Shown here one piece after another: positions 7,669 to 13,577 of a stretch of DNA of 13,577 bases. Every line of letters begins with the position of its first letter. The stretch's first letter is position 1. Source of the DNA: Candidatus Heimdallarchaeota archaeon. GTDB taxonomy: Archaea > Asgardarchaeota > Heimdallarchaeia > Heimdallarchaeales > Kariarchaeaceae. The translations under genes were made by a program, and so were the position numbers. Under the pieces are notes generated by a model that ran no database searches, was not told the DNA's origin, and saw only the letters and a list, made by a program, of their open reading frames with translations. Location: the NCBI GenBank assembly GCA_015523565.1, contig WAKA01000114.1:1-13577 (forward strand), read 5' to 3'.

Positions 7669-8500
7669 GATGGGACTTAGCTATGACCAGAAAACAAAAA
7701 GTTTCCCTTCTGGGCTAGGTCGGATAATCCATCCAACTGAACCCTAACATATTCTCCTTTCACAATCAATGTTACTTCTCGACCTTCCAAAAATTCGAAA
7801 TCATTTCCATGATTTTAAGTCGAAAGTGATGGAACGCTTAGTCACTCGTATCGAAGCATATCGTGAAGAATTAGAAAAGCCTATGAGAGAGTTGTGGGAT
7901 ATCCGAGTCAAAGCAGTTGAGGATAAGAAGAGACATTACAACAGGCTGATCATAGAAAATAAAGGAGAAGAACGGAAAAAGGCTGCAAAAGAGAAATATG
8001 AGAAGGCAAAAATCGAATTAGAGCAGGTTAAGAAAGAACGGGAACTAAATACAAATTTAAAACTTGAGGATTTGAATTTATTCTGTAAGGTTATTGTCCT
8101 TCCTAAGCCAAAAAGGACGGAATTCGATTTGGATATTGAGAAAGAAGCAATGAGATACGCCTTAGAGTATGAAAAAAGGCAGGGGAGGGTTCCTATAGAT
8201 GTCAGCTATATGGGATGGTGATGTGATATTGAATCCGCCCCTCCATTGCATACTGCCAACAAGAGGTACATAGAAGTCAAAGGTAGAAGACCAAATGTAC
8301 CAGTATGGTTTGAGGAAACAGAGCTTATTCAATCCGAGCGGTTCAAAGAGAAATATTGGCTCTATCTCTACATTTTCAATGAAGATGGAACTGTCGATCC
8401 TATTACGATCAAAAACCCTTTTGAGAAACTTCCTTTGAAACGTATCATAAGAGCATCTGTCTCAATTTCAGACATTCGAAAGAACATCCATACATTTTGA
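7669..8500 (+). pseudogene. 5'-truncated gene with a coiled coil and C-terminal DUF3883 (PD-(D/E)xK-like nuclease) domain
   Basis: The ORFs at 7769 and 8246 are in one frame, interrupted by TAA (7745-7747) and TGA (8219-8221). The read-through IEKEAMRYALEYEKRQGRVPIDVSYMGW*CDIES...RYIEVKGR...YWLY matches the DUF3883 pattern (AM..E...G..DVS...G[YC]DI.S...IEVKG...YWLY). This domain commonly sits at the end of SNF2-like helicases. Confidence 0.85.
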
Positions 8501-8903
8501 AGTTAAAAAACAATCTATAGTTTCATATTTTAAACCTTTATTCGGTGGTTAGATGAGCAAAAAAAAAGTTTCTGACAATTTCTTTGTAGATATCAACCCG
8601 CGATTACTCAATATATTAATATTGTAATCCCTTTCTCTAATTTTTTGTGACTTGTGTCTTCCGATAGCAGGAAGAAACTAACAGGAGAAGAAAACATTTA
8701 TCAATTGAATGTTAACAGATCAGATTTACATCGCACTGGAAAGTTGTCTGAAAAAGATACTGCCATATGAGGGAAAATCGATTGTAAAGATAAGGAGATG
8801 TTATGGAATAAAGATCTACAAGAATATTATAATTATTAAAGCAGGATACAGCGCAATGGCAAAATAAACAACAAAGAATGTTTAAATGAACATCCCATAA
8901 TAA

Positions 8904-10718
8904 TTGATTATGAGTTTCAGTTTAGTACCAACAATTGAGAACACCAAATCTGGAACAGTACTAACTTTTTTCATTTTTGTTGTTCTCTTGTGGGCAGTAA
9001 CTCTCACTTTTGGTGTTCCTGATCTGTCCAATACGGGAATTCTGTTTTTCCTCACCCTCGTCAGCCTGCTTCTGACATCATTTTTTGTTTCGGCCAATGC
9101 AGTCAACATTCTTCAAAGGAAAATTACAAGGTTCAGGAAAGATGATGAGATTTGGGTCGGGGAGGATAGGAAAGACTTGTTCACCTATCCTGCCTTCAGA
9201 AGATATATCGATGGGGCGACCGCGAGGTTTATTCTAGGGACGTCCCTTCTCGTGTTTGGATTATATATGATCTTTTTTGGGAATGACCTGCTTAATCTCA
9301 TTTTTTTGGATGAGAAAAAACCCGCCGATTTTCAATGGGGGCGAGCAGTAATTGCCATCTTTTTGATGGGCAGTGGATTTTGGTTGACTTGGGAAATATT
9401 GAAGAGAGTTTCTGAAGATCGTACTTTTTCCAATTGGAACGGATGTTCGGCATCTTTCATTTTTTATTTGATGGGATGGGGGGTAGTCATCCTTATCTCA
9501 AACTTAAACTATGTAGAAAAAGTCTGGATAAATTTTGGATTAACTTGGCAAGAGGGCATCTCAGTTTCAGTAATCACGTTTTTGGCATGTACAATCATTT
9601 TCTATGCATACAAGGATGCTTCCGATGAAAGGGTATTGTTTTCCATCTTATGGTATGTAAGAACGGAAATGTCATCTGAAAAGGAGAAAAAATGGGATAT
9701 TTTGGCTATGTTCTCCGATATGATACAGACAGACAAATGGGAACGATTACATCGGACAATGAAATTTGACTTCTTTGAAGAAGTTTACAATAATCTCATG
9801 AAATTGGACAAGGCATTGAAGGAATTTGCACAAGGCATAAAAAATGCAGAGGATGAGATTCTTCCCCTGTTCCCATATTCGATCGTCACTGATCACTTTG
9901 AAAGCATTACTCTCGAACTCATTCGTGAACCTTTTAATCTAAGACCAGACACAGTTGGTTGGAAAATTTCAAATCCATTAAAAGACTTCCTCAATTTTCC
10001 CAAGAATCTGACCTACTGGAAAAACTCAGAAATCCACCACAAACTCAAAAAACTTTATCAAGCTCTACAAAACCTTTTCAAAACCGATATTCTTATCATC
10101 AACCTAAGTTCATTTTATTTTGGGACTGAAAGTACCGAAAATGAGTTTGCACGCGAAGTCAACTCCTTCGGGCTGGAGGAAATTAAAGCAAATCAATTGT
10201 TTAAGATACCTTCGGAAAATTTGCGTTTTGCAATATTTGGATTTAAAACGGTTCAACTTGTTGCAACTTTTGCTAAGAATACTTTTAATAAGACGAAATC
10301 AGCAATAAAGATGTATAATCTTGAAGGAAAGTTGAAACCTATCAATATCAGTGTTAATGTCAAACCTGATTTTGATTCTTTCGACAATAGATTACAAAAG
10401 GTAAGAGAACAATGGGAGAACGATAACATTCGGAAATTGATAAAATTAAATTCAGTTAAATCTTTTAGGGAAAAAATAAAATATCATGATGAATATGTCA
10501 GGAAATATCTGAAAGGGATATACGATCAGAAAACACTAGATACAGACTTTCAAATGCCGTTTAATCACATTTTAGAGAACCTCCTCGAAAAACGGGATTC
10601 AATCTTAGATGAAATAAGAGAGCTTCTGAACCCAGAGATACTGCAAAAAATGATTTTGAGCGTGCCTTTCTTCAAGAACAACGCAATTGAGAAAAAGGAG
10701 GATTTCAAAGAGATATGA
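8904..10718 (+). CDS. Hypothetical membrane protein: about 6 N-terminal TM helices plus a soluble helical domain of about 360 aa
   Basis: Uninterrupted 604-codon ORF with six hydrophobic segments in the first ~236 aa and a K/E/L-rich C-terminus. No motif recognised. Start is TTG 8904 or ATG 8910. Confidence 0.8.
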   Translation: MIMSFSLVPTIENTKSGTVLTFFIFVVLLWAVTLTFGVPDLSNTGILFFLTLVSLLLTSFFVSANAVNILQRKITRFRKDDEIWVGEDRKDLFTYPAFRRYIDGATARFILGTSLLVFGLYMIFFGNDLLNLIFLDEKKPADFQWGRAVIAIFLMGSGFWLTWEILKRVSEDRTFSNWNGCSASFIFYLMGWGVVILISNLNYVEKVWINFGLTWQEGISVSVITFLACTIIFYAYKDASDERVLFSILWYVRTEMSSEKEKKWDILAMFSDMIQTDKWERLHRTMKFDFFEEVYNNLMKLDKALKEFAQGIKNAEDEILPLFPYSIVTDHFESITLELIREPFNLRPDTVGWKISNPLKDFLNFPKNLTYWKNSEIHHKLKKLYQALQNLFKTDILIINLSSFYFGTESTENEFAREVNSFGLEEIKANQLFKIPSENLRFAIFGFKTVQLVATFAKNTFNKTKSAIKMYNLEGKLKPINISVNVKPDFDSFDNRLQKVREQWENDNIRKLIKLNSVKSFREKIKYHDEYVRKYLKGIYDQKTLDTDFQMPFNHILENLLEKRDSILDEIRELLNPEILQKMILSVPFFKNNAIEKKEDFKEI

Positions 10719-10861
10719 CAAAATTAAACATAGAACAAAAAACCCGAGGGTGATCCAGATGTGATCATTGATTCGTGCAATCTATTCTGGCTTTCTACAT
10801 CACATTGTTCAGGAAGGAAACGTTTAGGGAAAACCTTTTACAGGAGATATAAAACCAACTT

Positions 10862-11330
10862 ATGGGATACCTTCTTGCCTCCCTTTCGGTGCTCCTGATA
10901 ACAGTTCCTTTGCACGGAAGGGGGGGTGGAGATTGTTTCGACTCTCGATGAAGCCTACAACGAAGGAATTGTTTTTGAGCATGAAGGGTAGCTCTATCAT
11001 TATTGGACACAGAACGACTTGACTTCCTGCATAGGTTCAGTTTTGACGATATTTTGGAGGAAAATACCACATCCAATCTTAATTTTGGGGGCATTGGCAG
11101 GGGAAAAGCTTGACAACGGCATGTGTCTCTCGACAACAAGACTACTCTCTTTTGGTTGAACAACGGAACGATTGTCAATCAAATGGATTTACTAATCACG
11201 GTTGGGTTCGCGCTATATTATACAGGAGGATCTTATTTATACTTTTTCACGCTATTGGAAGGTCAACGTGACCAATACCACCTCAGAAGAGCAACGGATC
11301 ATTGAGATAAATAAGGATGCTCTTCCTTCA
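10862..11330 (+). pseudogene. Degraded secreted-protein gene, cut off at the IS remnant
   Basis: Signal-like MGYLLASLSVLLITVPLHG, then a frameshift in G7 (10920-10926) to VEIVSTLDEAYNEGIVFEHEG*LYHYW. Later fragments in other frames are sequon-rich (ENTTS, DNKTT, NNGT, NVTNTT). Confidence 0.45.
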
Positions 11331-11334
11331 GGGT

Positions 11335-12290
11335 TCATCTCCAGTTTTTGTACAAAAATGATTCAGCCACTAAAACCTTGTGGATGCAAACGGCTTGATA
11401 AAACGATTTCACCGCTATCCCATCGGAATTTTTCCTTTGGAACTACTTTTTTCAGAATGTTGATGGCATTATTAATATCCGCATTTCATTCCATCCTGTA
11501 TGACTTTCAGCGGTACAGTCCTCGATGAACCCTGTTCGCCATTCTTACAATACCGCAACTTAAGCAGGTTTGTAATTTTGTGCATCATCAACAAACAAAA
11601 CCTTGATTCCGTAGGATTCTGCCTTGTATTCCATAAACTGCTTAAGCATCCTGTAAGGAAACAGCAGAAACGATTATGACACCTATCCCCACATTTTTGG
11701 TGCTCTTTTCATGTCTCTTCTCTCCATTTCTCGATCACAACCTTTCCGATTTTGTTGTCGGCACAGGAATTAATGATAAATCTAGACAAATAATGGATAA
11801 AATTGCGCATAATAGATTTGTAGGGATCTAAACTGCCTTCCATTTCTTATATACCTTGCTTGTCATAGATTGATCTTAGCCTAGACATCTGCTTATCCCG
11901 CGATCGATTGTAGGATTTGAAGCCACGTCCTTTAAGAATAAAGGCAGTCTCCTTGGTAGAACTGAAGTTATAAGATTGTCAAGTCCCAAGCCTATTGTTA
12001 GATATCGGTCAAAATCAAGACCAGCCAACCCTTTTTCTGAAATATACAAGAACTCGATCACAAAAAAGTCTTTGAGCTTTGGGGTGATTTTGACACCTCT
12101 GATGGCATGGATCAAAAAGCATTTTAAGATTTTGACCAATATAATACAGAAAACTACGAGAAGAAGTTAAAGTTTGGCAAGCACAATTTTTGAGAAAAAC
12201 AACTTTTTATGTTCTCCTTGATGGTGTTATAGTATTTGGGAAGAAACAGGAGGCAATCCCCATTTCCTCAAGCAGGCAGGGGTAGTTTAA
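11335..12290 (-). mobile_element. Degenerate IS200/IS605-family element (tnpB only visible)
   Basis: Contains the tnpB pseudogene, a palindrome TTTTTGTACAAAAA (11345-11358) just downstream of the tnpB stop where the right-end hairpin is expected, and an IS605-end-like motif at 12255-12290. Boundaries are approximate. Confidence 0.75.
11363..12250 (-). pseudogene. tnpB: TnpB (RNA-guided RuvC nuclease) pseudogene
   Basis: Manual translation across frameshifts and stops gives IRGVKITPK..FVIEFLY, RYLTIGLGLDNL (RuvC-I, Asp changed to Gly at 11990-11992), AFILKGRGFKSYNR...LRSIYDKQGI, NKIGKVVI, FPYRMLKQFMEYKAESYGIKV (about 11600-11661), the Zn ribbon TCLSCG...NRVHRGLY, and RuvC-III NADINNAINILKK (from 11485 downward). 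Confidence 0.92.
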
Positions 12291-12304
12291 GCAAGAGGAA
12301 TGCC

Positions 12305-13577
12305 TTACTTATCCCTCAAAATTTGGCGATCCTCTTCCATAAGATTCACTTTCCTTGATAAGATACGGGTGAATGAAGTTCCAGGGGGATATATACATTT
12401 CTTTTTAAATTCATAGATTTGCTTAGGCTCACGAATGAGTTTTAGTATCAGAATCTGAGAATCTTCAGAAATTGGATTAAATTCTATTGATGAGTTATTG
12501 ATATTTTCCTCAAGTGAATCGATTTTAACAATCATTGGGTCGATGTTGGGGGTTGGCTTAATGTATTCCGCAATTAGGTTTTGCAGATCTTCAAGATATA
12601 CTTCAGGGTTATCCAATCCCTTAATTATCCATTTACGATTGTCTTTGTCCTCCTTAATTCCCAAAATAAGGAAAGATAAGTTATTATTTATATAGGCTGC
12701 ATTGAGGAGTGCAATAAGATGACTAAGTGTTCTCTTTTTCTCTTCATCAGTGGTGAAAGGACGAAATTCCTTAATTTCTACGAACATTTTTTCTAGAGGA
12801 TTTGATAGAATGGTATTAATTATTTCAATACTTGATTGGTCTTTGGATAAGATGTTCTCACACCCTTTGTACAATTGACGAGGGACAATGTCAAGAAGAT
12901 CCATTATTTCATTAATTTCATCTGAATAGAATCCCCCTTCAAAACTACTTTTGATTAGCATTTCAACCGTTTCGTAGTTCAGTTTGACCTGTATAGTAAG
13001 AACATCTTGTTTTTTAGTAAGCCTAATTCCGTCTTTTGTGATTGCCTTAATGTCCCAAGAATTGATAAAATCAGATTCAAGCAAATTCCAAATGAATGGA
13101 ATTATCTCTTTAGGGAGTTGTACACCTTTTTTGACGGTTGCACTTATTTTAAGATCATTTTGAATTTCAGCTTCAGTTTCCTCAAAAAACATTGGCATAA
13201 AAATATAATGGCGGGTAGTGTAGATTATATTGTTATTTTTATAAAACTGAAGAACAAAGTCAAAATAGGTTTGAATACGAGTTTCAAGAAATTCACCACG
13301 TATTTCACTTGGAAGGTCATTTGGCAAATCCAATGCAAGCTCTTCCTTCATTTTGGCTAAAAGATTATTGATTGTTATGAAACCTTTATAATCCTTGATT
13401 GTTAAAGGAATAAGATTTCTCATTTGATCTAAAAATTCGTCTTTTAGAATTATAAGATCCTGGTTTTCTATAAAATCAATCCAACCACTTCTGGAATACC
13501 TGATAAACAGGTTACGAAATTCAGTTCGATACGGTAAATTTCCTACAAATTCTGAGAGTTTCCTCCTTATTCCATAA
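12305..13577 (-). CDS. Large protein (5' partial) with a C-terminal Schlafen/AlbA_2-like domain
   Basis: Motifs E-x4-E-x-K (EKMFVEIK), LIALLNA, FLILGIKED, LQNLIAEYIKP.P and GTSFTR fit AlbA_2. The frame has no stop from 13423 to the window edge (YGIRRKLSEFVGNLPYRTEFRNLF...EFLDQMR), so the gene probably starts outside the window. Confidence 0.82.
   Translation of the reverse strand, partial: YGIRRKLSEFVGNLPYRTEFRNLFIRYSRSGWIDFIENQDLIILKDEFLDQMRNLIPLTIKDYKGFITINNLLAKMKEELALDLPNDLPSEIRGEFLETRIQTYFDFVLQFYKNNNIIYTTRHYIFMPMFFEETEAEIQNDLKISATVKKGVQLPKEIIPFIWNLLESDFINSWDIKAITKDGIRLTKKQDVLTIQVKLNYETVEMLIKSSFEGGFYSDEINEIMDLLDIVPRQLYKGCENILSKDQSSIEIINTILSNPLEKMFVEIKEFRPFTTDEEKKRTLSHLIALLNAAYINNNLSFLILGIKEDKDNRKWIIKGLDNPEVYLEDLQNLIAEYIKPTPNIDPMIVKIDSLEENINNSSIEFNPISEDSQILILKLIREPKQIYEFKKKCIYPPGTSFTRILSRKVNLMEEDRQILRDK

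Noticed and set aside
8219-8221. TGA recoding (Gly, Trp or Sec)
   Set aside because: Paralogs 2 and 3 end in TGA at the position where paralog 1 ends in TAA, so TGA is a stop. The same frame also has a TAA and is 5'-truncated, and the consensus residue is Gly rather than Cys.
10795-12170. ORFs 10795-11178(-), 11000-11182(-), 11202-11528(+) and 11976-12170(+) as real genes
   Set aside because: They are antisense or chimeric frames over the secreted-protein and tnpB pseudogenes.
11363-12250. Domesticated nuclease-dead TnpB (TldR-like regulator)
   Set aside because: The RuvC-I substitution comes with many frameshifts and stops, so general decay explains it.
12498-13360. Plus-strand ORFs 12498-12695 and 13007-13360
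   Set aside because: Antisense to the AlbA_2 gene with no independent support.

Overview
This looks like an accessory region from a probable archaeon, judged from TATA-like boxes about 28 nt before leaderless starts and sequon-rich surface proteins; the lineage cannot be proven from sequence alone. Left to right it holds the 3' end of a gene converging on an intact GH31 alpha-glucosidase-like gene, a 40-codon small ORF, and three paralogous secreted/surface-protein genes. The paralogs each have a signal peptide, two internally repeated beta-rich domains, many N-glycosylation sequons and a CTERM-like tail, and they were duplicated together with their promoter and downstream DNA. Two membrane-protein genes, one frameshifted, lie between paralogs 2 and 3. 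The right half is a decaying mobile/defence-like zone: a 5'-deleted DUF3883 nuclease pseudogene fused to the duplication junction, an intact 604-aa 6-TM orphan, a degraded secreted-protein gene, a degraded IS200/IS605 tnpB, and the 3' part of a large protein with a C-terminal Schlafen/AlbA_2 domain that runs off the window. I saw no rRNA, tRNA, CRISPR array or reverse transcriptase.
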